DNA from: Enoplolaimus lenunculus
Taxonomy: Eukaryota
Reading direction: 5' to 3'
Assembly (NCBI GenBank): GCA_030248215.1
Contig: JASANG010001107.1
Span: forward strand, 434,001 to 498,000
Length of the DNA: 64,000 nt
Part shown: piece after piece, positions 1-13,135 of the stretch
How positions within the stretch are numbered: the first letter of the stretch is position 1
How the letters are laid out: every line of letters starts with the position of its first letter
Made by a program: the position numbers and the translations under genes
Notes under the pieces: model-generated
What the model was told of the DNA's origin: nothing
What the model saw: only the letters and a program-made list of their open reading frames with translations
Database searches by the model: none

Positions 1-103
1 TGTTTATTTTCACTTCTGTGTGGAAAACTTGAGCTTCTTGACTTGTCCGTCCACAACTGCAATCCAAGTTAAGGAACAGTTTTATGATATTTGTTGCCGC
101 AAC

Positions 104-451
104 CAGGGTGCAACCGGAATTCCGGTTCCGGCATTTTTTCACCTTCCGGTTCCGATAAATTTTTACCGGATTTAAAAATTCCGGTATTATAATTTGGCCG
201 TTTTCTTAACTTTGCTAATTTTTAAGAATCTCTTTTGAAAGCCACTTGTACTCCGAATATAAGCCATTAATGGTGGATTTCACTTCATTCGATGATGAAA
301 ATCTAAAATACAACTAATAAATTAAATACCTATGTTCGACTAAGGTTATTTCACAAATAATAGAGCAAAAAATAAGATTAAAATGAAATTTTTGGTTAAA
401 TACATTTTTCACTTTCCGGTTCCGGTAAATTGTAATTTCGGTTGCACCCTG
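104..451. mobile_element. hAT-type MITE, CAGGGTGCAACCGG family (copy 1)
   Basis: TIRs CAGGGTGCAACCG / CGGTTGCACCCTG; imperfect 8-bp TSD gccgcaac/gtagcaac; near-identical to 10052-10442. Confidence 0.85.
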
Positions 452-556
452 GTAGCAACCATATATATCCGGTATCGATCACACGTATATCTTTTTTCTG
501 AAGGTAAGAAACAGTTATATGATATTTGTTGTTGCAACCGTAATATCGGTACACGA

Positions 557-1172
557 CAGGGATGGGGGTCTCGGTCAATTTTTAACCGGTACCGAAAATA
601 AAAATAAGATTTTTTTAACAAAAGTTTTGAATTTTTTATCTGCACTGAATTGCCGTTTCACGCAATTAAACTAATAAATCGCCGCCAAACTTTTTTACTC
701 CATTTTTCACTTGGTTACTGTTCACGTACCCTTCGAACAGGCTCAGGACAAATCCCAAAGCTATAGTGTTGTTTTTGATCCAGGGCATACTGAATAGACT
801 AGATAATTTTTTAATATAGCGTTGACTTATAAGTGCGGATGACCATAATTTTTACACGATGCCTTAAATGTTTTAGACGGGAAACTGCAACTATTTGTGC
901 TTTTTCACAATAAGATCATTGTGAGGGTCATTCTGTTTCTCAAATCGCTGTAAATCAGGGTAGCGGTGCTCCACAATCGTTCGATGCCTGTGTTTGTAGG
1001 CGAAATGCGCAAGTATTTCCGGGCCAAAGCTGTGATCCAAAGAAATTTTTTGTGATTGCTTATCGCTTTTTCACCTCTGGTCTCGATTTGCATACCGCCG
1101 AGGCTGAAAAAAGCGATACCGAGAGCGAGATCAGCAACAGCATGAGACAGGGACCGAGACCGCCCATCCCTG
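557..1172 (-). mobile_element. Non-autonomous hAT element with transposase C-terminal (dimerisation domain) relic
   Basis: TIRs CAGGGATGGG.GGTCTCGGTC / GACCGAGACCGCCCATCCCTG. Internal minus-strand frame [34 protein letters not shown] resembles the hATC consensus (A.KYL.IPA.S...ER.FS......RNRL). Confidence 0.8.
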
Positions 1173-1289
1173 GCTACACGGATATCTGTTTTCTGCCTAA
1201 TATCAAACCGAAATCGGATATCTAGTCATACCGTGCTTGAGAGTTACATTGCAGGATGATTATTTAGAATCATCCGTGTTAGAATGATT

Positions 1290-1680
1290 CAGGGACGGGC
1301 GGTCTCGGCAAGTCTCGGGACTTGACTGGTCTCGGCAATTCTCGGGACTTGACTGGTCTCGGTCTCTTTTTTCAGTCTGTGGTTTGCAAACCGAAATAAA
1401 AGAGGTGATAAAACTGGCTATACAGCGATTTGAGAAACAGAATCACCCCTCCGGTTACCCAAAATTCTGTTTTTTGAATGGAAACCCAAAACACTTTCAT
1501 TTTATTGTGACAATTGTATGAAACGGCAGTTCAGAGCAGATAAAAATGTTCAAAACTTTTGTTAAAAATCATTTTTATTTTCGGTAACGGTTAAAAATGA
1601 ATCGCGACCGAGACCAAAAGTCTCGGTCTTGATAGCTTGGGTCTCTGTCTTGCTTTTTTGACCGAGATCGCTCATCCGTG
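1290..1680. mobile_element. hAT MITE, CAGGGACGGGCGGTCTCGG family
   Basis: Same TIR family as 557-1172 and 34795-35219; subterminal GTCTCGG repeats. Confidence 0.7.
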
Positions 1681-2068
1681 TGTTAGATTACTTTCATCAT
1701 AGAACTGGTGTAAGATTTGTTCTGGATTCGGCTTATTCAAAGCCGAATTCGATTCCGAATCTTCAGTTCTTGCCGAATCTGAACTTTTGTTGCCAAAGTC
1801 TTTCAACGCAAGTAAACACAAAACACATTTCTCGACTCTACTTGAATTATTTTTGCCCTTCGACGAATTTCTACGGAATCAATAAGGAATCATGCATAAA
1901 AGATTAACATGACGTTTTCGAAGCACAAATGCAAATAAACATGTTTGAAATAGTCCAGGCAAACTACTGTCAAGAATGGGAATCTCTTTCAATCTAGCGC
2001 CTATTATGAAAATTGTACTTTGCGAATATAGAATGAGTTTTCTTCTGCCTGGTTATGTGTTATTTCAG

Positions 2069-5000
2069 ACTACGACAATCGAAGATTCTGTTCAAAAACT
2101 GCTATCACGGCTACTACTGGACACGTCGTTTTTCCTACCAGATCATCAAAAAGCTGAACTAAAAAAACGAAAATTCATCGTTGAAAAGTAAGAGCGTTAT
2201 TACAAACATTGCTGCACACGAATTATAACAAAATTATATGTCGATTGCTTTGTAGCGAAATATATTTTTATTTCAATTGAAAAAACCAATTGAATCAAAG
2301 TTTGGGTTTCAATGTTTAATGTGCAAATTTAGCATCCGGCACTGTACAGACTATTAATTATTTTTTATGGTGATTCTAAACTTTTTTTATATAATTCTGC
2401 TTTTGGAGTATTTGTGCAATGCCATGCTATAGGCACCAATAAATCAATTTCAATGTTCTATGTTTACGGAACAAAGCTTGCATTGTAGATGTACAAATTG
2501 TTTGATGAGTGAAACGACTGATCGAATACGGCAATGTCCATTCCTGTGTACATAAGATTTTGCTGCCCAGTACTGCGATATCTGGTCGCACGTACTATTC
2601 GTAACTATTTTTATTGGTTAGAGTATTGTTATGTCTTTAGTTTATATTTTATGCTTGGAAAATTTTACTTAGGTGGTTTTTGCGTTTCAGAACTATAACA
2701 AGCTATTTGCTGTCTAAAGGGCCAAATTTCACTCGTCTTCTAAAGAAAATGGAAACTGATTTAACTGCAGATATGGTTGCCACGTGAGTAGAAGGGAATA
2801 GTTATTTATATTTCCACCGGGATTGTTGACATCCTTGTTGAATTTTCGTATTGATGTGCCAAAATGGGTCATTAGCGTTCCGTGTTTCCACAAATTAATG
2901 AGGTGGACTTCGTACACTTCAGTTGATTCAACTTTTTGGGAAGTATTATGTGTATTATTGATGACAGAAATGCACATTTAAAACAGCTTGGTTTATGATC
3001 TTAACTTGTGCAATCTTTCGTTCAATGGTAAATCTTATTTTAGAGGTTCCTGGAAGTCTAATCCATTTAAGGCATACAACTTTGATGCTCAGGGTGTGCC
3101 TCCTGCAGCTGGTCACTTACACCCGTTAATGAAGGTTCGAAGCGAATTTAGACAAATATTTTTGGAAATGGGGTAAGTGTTTACACAACGCGTTCTAATA
3201 CAAAAGAAGTGACTGCTTCATGTACGAAAATATAGATTATGTAATATGCATGTTGGCACCGAATTATCGATTTGACCGAATCCGAATCAATTGCAATGAC
3301 AGCCGCATCAATTCTGAATTTTTGACATGAAAAAGAAAAAATATTCATTTAATTCGGTTAATTTGAAATTTTTAATATTTAGAAATGTAAGCATATATTA
3401 CCAAAAGTTGTTGGATTTGGCTTTCTCACAATCGAATTTGAACCGTGAATTTCTGCCGATTTTGAATTCCACCTTTGATGTCACCCTGGTATGTTAATAA
3501 TACTAAGTAGCTGATTTCGGTTTTTCTGGAATCCGATCGCATTATGCTGCTGACATCCGATGACCGGTAGGTGAACATCCGCCAGTCGGAACCATGTGTC
3601 ATATGCTAACCAGTTGGATTTCGAAGACCTCGAATCCGTTTTAACTCGCTGTTACGAAACGGTATTGTTGCATATTTTAACAAACTTTTTTAGTTTCACA
3701 GAAATGCCTACCAACCAGTATGTTGAAAGCTCGTTCTGGAATTTCGACGCCCTGTTCCAACCACAACAACACCCTGCAAGAGACGCCCATGATACATTTT
3801 TTATATCAGGTACAGTTATTGAGGATTGTAACACCAGATTCCGAGCATGAACGGTTTTTAGTATCACATTGATATATGTGCATTGTTTGTATTACTGGCG
3901 CATGTAAAGATCAAGGGCGGAACGGTTTCCGTGAGACTAGAATAGAGTAAGTTTAAGCTTTAGACTTATTTTTTGCTTGGCTTAGGATTGGGTTTAGGAA
4001 TATGTTTCTACTGTTCTTTACATTGGCCGTATTACTTATTATCAAATATTGATGCCGGTATTTAATTTTTCATGATAAAGCAAAGACGCTTTAATATGAC
4101 CGAATATTAAATAGATGTAGCAGTAGATGTTCGACGCTGGCGAAAAGCTAAAGGTATTACTGTTGCGTATCTGCTATTGCGTTTGGTGGTCAATCCCTGT
4201 TTCCAGACTTGTCTTTTAGTGTCACTTTTAAACTCTGTTGCGGTGATTACATGATGTTTCTGTTACTCTTATTCAAAACTGTTATTAACTCTCTTATAGT
4301 TTTCAATGTTTCCAAATCTTCATATTAACCCTGACGTGTAAAATTGTGAATATTTTAGATCCAGCGGTAGCAGAAAATTTTCCTTCCGACTACCTTGAAA
4401 AAGTTAAAAGCGTTCACTCGGTTGGAGGATTCGGTTCACAGGGGTGTGTAAGCTTGATTTAGATAACTTTCCTCATACTGAAGTATGAAGTGCACTAAAA
4501 ATTTGGTAAATTGTGTTTCGTATTACCGAATATCTGATGTTTCGTGTCACACTGAATAGAATCGGGTTAGATGTAGATGTTCACATCAAAAGTGCGGCAA
4601 TTTCAAAACTACTGAGTCAGCTTTGCTTATTTCTAATGTGATGGAAAAATTCTTTGGAATGTGATAGCAATAAATGACAAAAAGGTTGTGTTTAAAACAT
4701 AATGTTAGATTGTCTTGCTTAGCGTTGTTTGCACTATTTTGAAATAAGGCACTATGGGTGCAATGCACTGTTCTACGATAAAATGTCTGTTCCGGCCGCA
4801 AACCATTCAAAATTTCGATTACCACTCCGGCATCAAACGACGCAGGAGTCGGAATTTTATCGGTTTGGGACAAAATATAACGCATCCGTTTATAAATAAA
4901 AATTTAATCTCAAACCTTTTGCTGAAACTTGGCCACATTTCACAACTTCTGTTTCCACTGCACATTCCTAGCATTGTTTTAAAGTAGGTATGTATTCGGT

Positions 5001-7984
5001 GCATGTTTTTGCAGAATTGGAAAACTGGCTAATGAAAGCGCAAAACAGTCGACAAACAGCATATTGTGTTTTGAATTATAGTCCATTAGCAGTACATAAT
5101 TCGGTATTGAAATATATTTTTAATAATCCATGTTCCGGTTCCTCTTCCAGTGAAAAAAATAATTTTCTGTTTCTACTTCCTGTGAATTTTAGTTCATCAT
5201 GTAACCTTGGTGCATAACGTAGCCCTGTCTGTTGCTAGAAAGTTGTTAAAATGAGCCAAATTACACAATATTCTGGGGCATAGTAACAAATTGTATTTTA
5301 AGATACAAATACGACTGGAAGATATCTGAGGCAAAGAAAAATCTGTTACGGACCCATACAACAGCTGTCAGCGCTAGAATGCTGTACAAGCTAGCACAGC
5401 AGGTTTGTGGTTATTAAAATATGTAAAATTTAAGCGAATACGCAGTTTATCGTCTCCTATATTAATTTGTAGGATATATTGTCTATATAGCGCTTGTGGT
5501 GGTAGCTGCTTTTGTCTTTATGGTACCGACCATAACGTAAGCAATTAATCAACATAGGGATTGGAAAAACATTACTGATCACATGCCGGAAGTTTTTGTT
5601 TCGAAAAGGAGAGTTGATTTTTCAATTGCCATCTTTACAGGTGTTGTGCACAAATTCAGAAAAAATCATCTCTTCAAAAGGTGCAATATATGCAGTGAAG
5701 TTGTTCTTACTTAGATTCTTGTTTGTCTTGAACCTATAGCTTCTACGGGAATCTGTTGAGGATTTCGACTGAATAAGGTTGAATCTGTAAGAGTTACATT
5801 GGTAGACATTAAACTGAAAAGTTTAAGCGGGTAGCCAGTGTGGTCTAGGGTCTACGCATATACAACCCCCAACCAATGATCCAAGAAACGTTTTGCTACT
5901 GTTACAAACCGCTTGGCGCCGTCCCCGTTAAAATCATGACGACGAGGCGACTACTAAATGGTATGCGAATTCTTTTGCTCATGTTTGTTCGCAGGACTTC
6001 AGGACTTCACTAAGGCATTAATCGACCGGATGATAATTTTACCGGGTACGGAACCAGAGCCGGATAGTAAATTAGCGACCGTAACCGAATATTAATTGGA
6101 TATAGAGATGAGATTTGCGCATTGTTGCATTGTTGGTTGTATTTGATTCGTGCAGTGTTTGTTTGTTAAGTTAAAATTAATTTTTAGCTTAGACTTCTTA
6201 CTTTACTTCAGTGTCTAAAACATGTTTCTTGACTCGTCGGGATATTATGCAGTTGCGGCCAAATGTCTAGTGTTCCCACATCTCAAATGCAATTCACTGT
6301 TATTCGGGACCACAACCCAAAATATCTGGTTTTCGGAAGGTGGATATCGGATACGGATGTCGATTTTTTGCCGGATATTATATCGGAACCGGGATATCCC
6401 ATATGTTTGCAAAAATTGTTGTAGTTTACTAATTTATTTTATCATTGCTTTGCGTTGTAACTTTTCCTATATTCTCAAAATGCGTAATAGCCTTATCAGC
6501 AGTTGCAAAAGGTCCGCAATATTTGGAACTGAGGAATTTTTAGCTTCAAAACTTGGCATAATATTTTGTTACAATTCAACATGCCCTAGTGCTGCACCAA
6601 TTTCGAGATCCGCAACTGCAGGAGTTCGCCGCTAGTAAAACTATCGTTGACTGGTGATAGACGCTATTCTGTCTCATTTTGAGAATATAGGCCCGTGTTT
6701 AGCATCCATTTCAACCGGCAAAGTATTTTTCAATCGATCGTGTATATCGCAATGAAACTCTAGACGCCACTCATTTGGCTGAATTTCATCAAGTTGAAGG
6801 CGTCGTTGCTGATCGCGGATTGTCGCTTGGGCATTTAATTGGAGTTTTGCACGAATTTTTTAACAAGTTAGGTAATTCAAAAGAACATATTGCCCTTTAG
6901 AACCGATTGGAAATCCAATTCAGCATAGCATGGAGATTTATATTTTCCAATATCCAGTTAAGGTAACAGCAAAAGTGGTCAGTTAAGGTGCATAGCAAAA
7001 ATGATTAACTTTACCAAAGTAGTCGTAATTCGCAAGACATGGTTTATGCTTTCAAATTAAATTTTTTGTTTTACTTCGAACATTTGTTTGTCTTAAACAT
7101 TGTCGTGATTTAATTCCTTTTCATTGGATTCCGATAAATATGGCTGTGGTCTATTTTTTGTATATTATCAGCCGTCTCAAATGTCCGTATTAGTGTTTTA
7201 TCTTGACAGCAGCAGCACTGGTAGGTCGTAGCAATTTTTGTTGCAGGCATCAAGAATCTACGTTTCAAACCAGCGTATAACCCGTACACTGAACCTAGTA
7301 TGGAAATATTCAGTTATCACGAAGGTATCTGATACATTATAGAAACGTTATGCGTAATATTCTTTTGTTTAGTTTTTAGCGGGCATTTCAGTTCTTTTCG
7401 GTTGGTAACAGAATGTTGTGGTCTTGCTTGCGCTATGCCTACTGCAAAAAAAATTTCCACACTGTAACCGGAGGCCTTGTAGTCAATAAATTTTGTGTGC
7501 GAATACATATAGTTCGTTTAATTTTACTTCAGTTTAATTTTCTGATGACTAGCATTGTTATGTTTCAGGCTTTAACAAATGGGTAGAGGTTGGTAACTCT
7601 GGTATTTTTCGGCCTGAAATGCTGCTTCCAATGGGATTGCCGGAAGACGTATCCGTTATAGCATGGGGTCTATCACTGGAAAGGTGAATGAATAAGGAAT
7701 TACATACATCGTTTCTTCGTTAAGCTAGTACCATTTATGTTTGAAATGTAAAGCGTGTGCATCTACAATTTAGATTTTAGGAAAATGGTATTCGCGAAAG
7801 CATATATCAGATTAACAGTCCAATAATAACGTTGTAATAACATTTTTAGTAAATAGAACAATTAACCAACAATTTTAGGCCGACAATGATACGGTATGGT
7901 ATTAATAATATCCGCGATTTGATGGGTCCGAAAGTTGACTTGCAGATGGTGTACGACAATGGTATATGCCGAATTGTGGAATGA
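2069..7984 (+). CDS. FARSA: Cytosolic phenylalanine--tRNA ligase alpha subunit, 5'-partial (10 exons, 369 aa visible)
   Basis: Exons 2069-2187, 2691-2783, 3044-3172, 3694-3809, 4359-4443, 5303-5402, 6703-6871, 7247-7324, 7569-7683, 7879-7984. Total 1110 nt, all introns GT-AG and phase-consistent. Hallmark motifs: [127 protein letters not shown]-terminal exons lie upstream of the window. Confidence 0.97.
3897..4028. mobile_element. 132-bp GG-terminated MITE with 8-bp TSD and internal degenerate TTAGGC repeats
   Basis: Perfect TSD gtattact at 3889-3896 and 4029-4036. TIR GGCGCATGTAAAGATCA vs reverse complement GGCCAATGTAAAGAACA. Interior ...gcttggcttaggattgggtttagg. Confidence 0.8.
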
Positions 7985-10051
7985 ATGATTGGTCTCACCG
8001 ACGTTACGCTTATCCTGAACTAGAATCCATGTATTGGGCATTTCTGTTTTACTGACAGCAGTTTGGTACTTTATACTCACTAAGTTTATATTATAGGAGT
8101 GTGCAACACAACTTTGCAGATTAAAGCGATATTCTACAAAGTGTGTAAATTTCAAAATTCCGGGATTTGATTCCAGTTTATGCTATATTTATAACGATGT
8201 ACTAAAGTTTGTTTTAATGTTAAGTTTTCTTTTTCGAGTAAATTAACTTTTATCATCAATGTGTTTTATGAGGTGTTGTTAATTCCTGTTTGGAGTGTAT
8301 TGGTTTTTAAAAACACTAAAGAATTCTGTAAATATAAAACCAGCGTTTTGTTTGGCGCGTATTACCAATTCAAACAAAACTAATAATTATTCGGGTCACT
8401 GTTAAAATTTTTACGTTAGCTATCCGATTACAGCGTATTAGTTAAGACACTAGGCAGCTTGTTTGGTACCGCGACCCGTTGACAAGGAATTAAGAGCACC
8501 AAACATTTGAGATTTTAGCTGTTAAAGTTTAGATAGAACAGCCGGAAATCGGCAGGTCTAGTCGGCCGGCGTTCTTCCGTGCTGTTTTTGTTCAAATTCG
8601 GTGTGTTCAAACTGTCCTTCGAAATAGGGGTTCTTCAAGATCAAATCAACGCCTGTCCATTTTGAACCATAATCATCATGATATGCGTATATAATGGTTG
8701 AAAATAAAGGATCCCGTATTTCATGTGTAAAAATTAAAATAGTTTCTATGTTTTATACTGAACAAAATAATGAAGGGATCAGTAAAATAGTAGCAGACAT
8801 AAGATAGGCCATTTGGAAATAAAGTTGTAGATCCTCGTAGCCCGCGTTCTGGCTGTCGTTTTTGACAAGTGGGTAAAATGATTTAACGCGAGTTAAACCT
8901 AATAAGAGCACGGTTTAATCACTACGTAAGTTGGTCAGTTTCTATAAGACACAGGGCACATTATTAGTATTCTGGAACATTTTCTTTATTAGAGTGAAAG
9001 CCGAATGTGTACTACTTCATGTATGTAATTAGTGCCTTGTCCGCTGTGTATTATGTATTGTGCGTTACACACAGATAGGCGCATGTTGTTTATGTTTTGG
9101 GTACCTGGTGCTTCGTGTTACTCTTTGCAATAGTGGCATTGTTCTGTTTGGTCTAAATATAGCTTTAGCTTTGTAGATTGCAGGCATCAGACTTTTGACG
9201 CATTGACGCGTCTATTAGCACGAACAGACTCTGTATAATATATGTTGTATTGTTGAGTTTATATATGAACGTTGTTGACAATCACAATTTTATGTTTAGT
9301 AGTATTCTTTTCTGTGTTAGGACGGCGTAGTGACAACTGGCAAATCAGAAAAGTTGGTGAATGTTATTACATGTATAAAGTTTATATCAGGGTGCAATTA
9401 CCTCAATTCTGGCATGAAATATGCATCCGGGGTCCGGCTGCAAGATTTTGGACCAAGGTAGGGTACAATCGGAATTAACACATAACGGAACACAAAAGTG
9501 AAAGTGTATATTTTGCCGAAGCAAGATAGTGAAAAATTACTGTTATTGAAAAATTAATACCATCATGTGACCTTTTTCAACATTTGTTTTCAAACAAACA
9601 AGATTTTACGTTGCTGTATTAATTGAAGAGTGAACATGTTCTTTTGCAGAAATTTTGTGAACAAAATTAAAAAATTCGTCTCAGAATTTCAACTTACAAT
9701 TTGGGGATCGCAGAAAAACCTGGCGAAAACTTACCTGACTCAATGTCGGAACCGAAATGTATTGTGAAGAACACCCGATTTCTTTATTGTAATTGAAATT
9801 CCGGTTACACCCTGTTACAGTTATATAGTCATACTTTTTATATAATCATATTTTTCCGGCCCATGTTTACTGTAGGGGCCTCCTTACTAAAGACTGAACC
9901 TAAGCCTACGCTTATCTTAAGCGTAAGCCTAAGCCACCAAGTCTCTAAGTCTCACAATGCCCCTGTCACCTATTGGGCAGGGACCTACGAAATCACGTCA
10001 GCGCTGACCAATTTGCGAAATCAAGTTGCCTTGTGGTTAATATGTTCAAAC

Positions 10052-10442
10052 CAGGGTGCAACCGGAATTCCGGTTCCGGTTCCGGCATTTTTTCACCTTC
10101 CGGTTCCGGTAAATTTTTACCGGATTTAAAAATTCCGGTATTATAATTTGGCCGTTTTCTTAACTTTGCTAATTTTTAAGAATCTCTTTTGAAAGCCACG
10201 TGTACTCCGAATATAAGCCATTGATGGTGGATTTCACTTCAGTCGATGATGAAAATCTAAAATACAACAAATAAAATGAATACCTATGTTCGACTGAGGT
10301 TATTTCACAAATAATAGAGCAAAAAATAAGATTAAAATGAAATTTTTGGTGAAATGCATTTTTCACTTTCCGGTTCCGGTTCCGGTAAAATTTTCAAATT
10401 CCGGTTCCGGTTCCGGTAAATTGTAATTCCGGTTGCACCCTG
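10052..10442. mobile_element. hAT-type MITE, CAGGGTGCAACCGG family (copy 2, young)
   Basis: TIRs CAGGGTGCAACCGGAATT / AATTCCGGTTGCACCCTG; perfect TSD gttcaaac at 10044-10051 and 10443-10450; subterminal (TTCCGG)n. Confidence 0.92.
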
Positions 10443-11155
10443 GTTCAAACGTTTACTTCATTTTTTGCACATGCTTCACAATTTGCCACAAAACGGTAAA
10501 AATTACGGTTCCTTCTGGCGGCTTTGAATGCCGTAGCTGTTGTAATATGTTTGACTGGTCGACCATCGTTGCATAACTGTTTTACTTACCACCGTTAATA
10601 CTACTAACCAGTTAGAATTAGACTTTTACATAAACATATCTGATACAAAAATCTCATTCTCTGATAGTTGTTCAATTACACAGGCAATCCGGGTATCCCA
10701 AATAGTGATGTTTCATTGTTACCAAGCTTGTTTTGTAAAACCTCTATTGTTCGCGCCAATTGCTGCTGGGCCGGCCATTTTGGCGAAGTGGCTAAATTTC
10801 TACCGAAAGCCGGATTACAAAATTTATCTGGACTGGGACTATCTCGCATTAGGTGAAAAATATACGTACGTACGTATGTTAATATTAAATAACAAACTAA
10901 TTTCTGATTTTGTATTTTACAGGGATGTGAGTATAAACTTAGCTTTTATGATTAAAAATGCACATACTTATTGCACATAACAGTGAGTTTGAATGCTATC
11001 GATTTCACTTGTAGTTGGCGTTTATCATTGCGTCTTATCATGGAAACGTTTTTCTCTCTTTCGCTTTTGTTTAAAAAATTAATTGTAATGTGATTCGTTC
11101 GCATAAAATTGTAATCTTTTAAGGTTGTCCATGGATAATTTTTGTACGTATCGGC

Positions 11156-11479
11156 CAGGGTTCCAGCGAACTAAATTTTGCCTGAACAGGAGCAGGAGTG
11201 ACTACTATTGGACTTTTTAGAAAACTTGTCAAAAAACGGCTAAAGCGAATTTTCAGCTATTTCATCATCAAGTTTGGTGAAAACACAACAGAAATAGTTT
11301 ATTAGAAATAACAATTTTTCATAGATAAAGTTTCCAATATTTAAATACTTACAAATAATTTGCCACAAAACCGTAAAAATTACGGTTCCTGCAACTTTGA
11401 ATGAAGGAACAGGAACGGGAACAGGAATTGAATTTTTGCAGGAATTCCGGCCTGGAACAGGAATACCGGTTGAACTCTG
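11156..11479. mobile_element. hAT-type MITE
   Basis: Termini CAGGGTTC.../...GAACTCTG; perfect TSD gtatcggc at 11148-11155 and 11480-11487; GGAACA subterminal repeats. Confidence 0.85.
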
Positions 11480-11650
11480 GTATCGGCACATCAATAGTGT
11501 TTTATAGTGTCCAAATTGTGTGAAATTTATCGGTACATATTTGACTGAAATCCTGGTTCTGACTGAGTTCTGGACATAGTTCATAAGTACCTGAATATAG
11601 TTTTGACAAGCTGAACCCTCATTGGTGTTCGGTACCACGTGGTTTTAAAC

Positions 11651-12032
11651 CAGGGATCGATCGAATATTAATTTTACCGGAACCGGAGCCGGTTAGTGAA
11701 TTTTGTACCGGAACCGGAGCCGGATGTTAACCGCATATAGGATCCTATTCGTACACTGCTGGATGTATTTGAGTCATGCGAAAATATGTTTATGGATTTA
11801 AGATTATTTTTTGGTTTGGATTTTTCCTTCCATGTCAGTGTCCATTCATGAATTGCTCGGAATTGCAGTCGCTTCAAAATATCTAGTATTTTGACGTGCA
11901 AAAAACAGTTTTATGATATTTGGAACCGCAACCACAAATATCCGATATCCGGTAGGTTTATGCCAAATACCGGATACGGATGTCGGATTTGGCCGGATAT
12001 TAAACCGAAACCGGATATCCGGTCGATCCCTG
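11651..12032. mobile_element. hAT-type MITE (CAGGGATCGA family)
   Basis: TIR CAGGGATCGA / TCGATCCCTG; TSD ttttaaac/ctttaaac. Degenerate relative at about 6015-6400. Confidence 0.85.
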
Positions 12033-13112
12033 CTTTAAACTACAAAAAATATTTTTTCTCAACACTGCGATTGAATATTATACACCTTTATTTATCCTAA
12101 ATTACAATAATTTCACCAACGAATTTATAATAATATGCTGTGGCATAAGCGTTTATTAAAAAATCGATGTTCAGTTTTATACGGCAGTTACCCATGAAGT
12201 GATTTCTTCGGTCGCAAATTTATATGAAAATTTTGACGTGTTTAAGAAATTTTTTATTTCAGTATTTCGGTCATTTCGACATGCATAGGTAGGTAAGTAT
12301 TTGATTAAACGTACGCGTTATATATATTTTTATTTTCACGTAGATGAGTTACTATTATACGTTTCCATGTGAACATTTCAGTGTGGAAACAGAACTCCAA
12401 TTTTCCAAATACAGTTCGGTTTCTGATTCCGATTCCTATTTTTGAAACAATTGTTATATTGGAATCATAATTTTTCTCGTTTTTAAGTTTTATTACCTAT
12501 TTGCAGTTGTTTGCGAAATTTTGTCTGCCGTTCTGTTGATTTAATAGCAACTGGTGGTTAGTTTTTCAACCACCAAATAGAAGGAAAAACCCAAGCTAAC
12601 AATAATTTTACTTCAGTACACATATACTTTTGTGCGTCTTCATTAATACTTTCAACAGTGTCATCCTGGGGTGTTAACCTCGCATTGATGTTTTAAAATT
12701 TTAAGCCGTTTAGTAGCAACAGGCTAATTTGCATAATTGGTTAAACCTAAATTGGGAGTTTTAAGATATTTCAAGTTACCTAATATCTAGTGTTTGCATA
12801 TTAGCATAATTGCTAAGACTAAATTACGACTTTTTGCAATATTTCACTAATGGAAGTTACGGGGTGCTAATCTCAGCACTGAATATGCATGTATTTGACC
12901 GTTGAGCACGAATTTTTTTACCATCTGTTGTGCTTTTCACAAAAATGGTTGAAAGTTACAAATTTTTATACATACACATTTTAGCCTCGTGGAATTAACA
13001 AACGCATGTCATCAATAACTGCGAGACGATTGATGTGTTGATGAATGTTCACGAGCGCAACTAGCAAGTAAATTTCCGATATTACAGACGTCGATCGCCG
13101 ATTAATCGATAC

Positions 13113-13135
13113 AAGCCTAAGCCTAAGCCTAAGCC
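13113..13135 (-). repeat. Interstitial telomere-type repeat (TTAGGC)n
   Basis: aagcctaagcctaagcctaagcc; further degenerate tracts near 3950, 9900, 14150, 21085, 37410, 44305, 44840, 47695. Confidence 0.8.

Larger units (their letters stand above)
8831..12292 (+). other. Candidate upstream (5'UTR/uORF) exons of the UBALD gene
   Basis: Blocks bounded by strong acceptors and donors: 8831-8925 (GTAAGT), 9321-9356, 10684-10852, 10923-10926 (GTGAGT), 12263-12292 (TTTCAG...GTAAGT). No homology recognised. Confidence 0.4.

Noticed and set aside
6222..6635. 137-aa ORF inside a FARSA intron
   Set aside because: Overlaps a degenerate MITE (CCGGATAT repeats); composition not protein-like.
7985..8830. 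FARSA-UBALD operon
   Set aside because: Same strand and close, but neither the FARSA poly(A) site nor a trans-splice site can be fixed from sequence alone.
13113..13135. True telomere or chromosome fusion site
   Set aside because: Under four units, no head-to-head junction, and similar short tracts are dispersed through the window.
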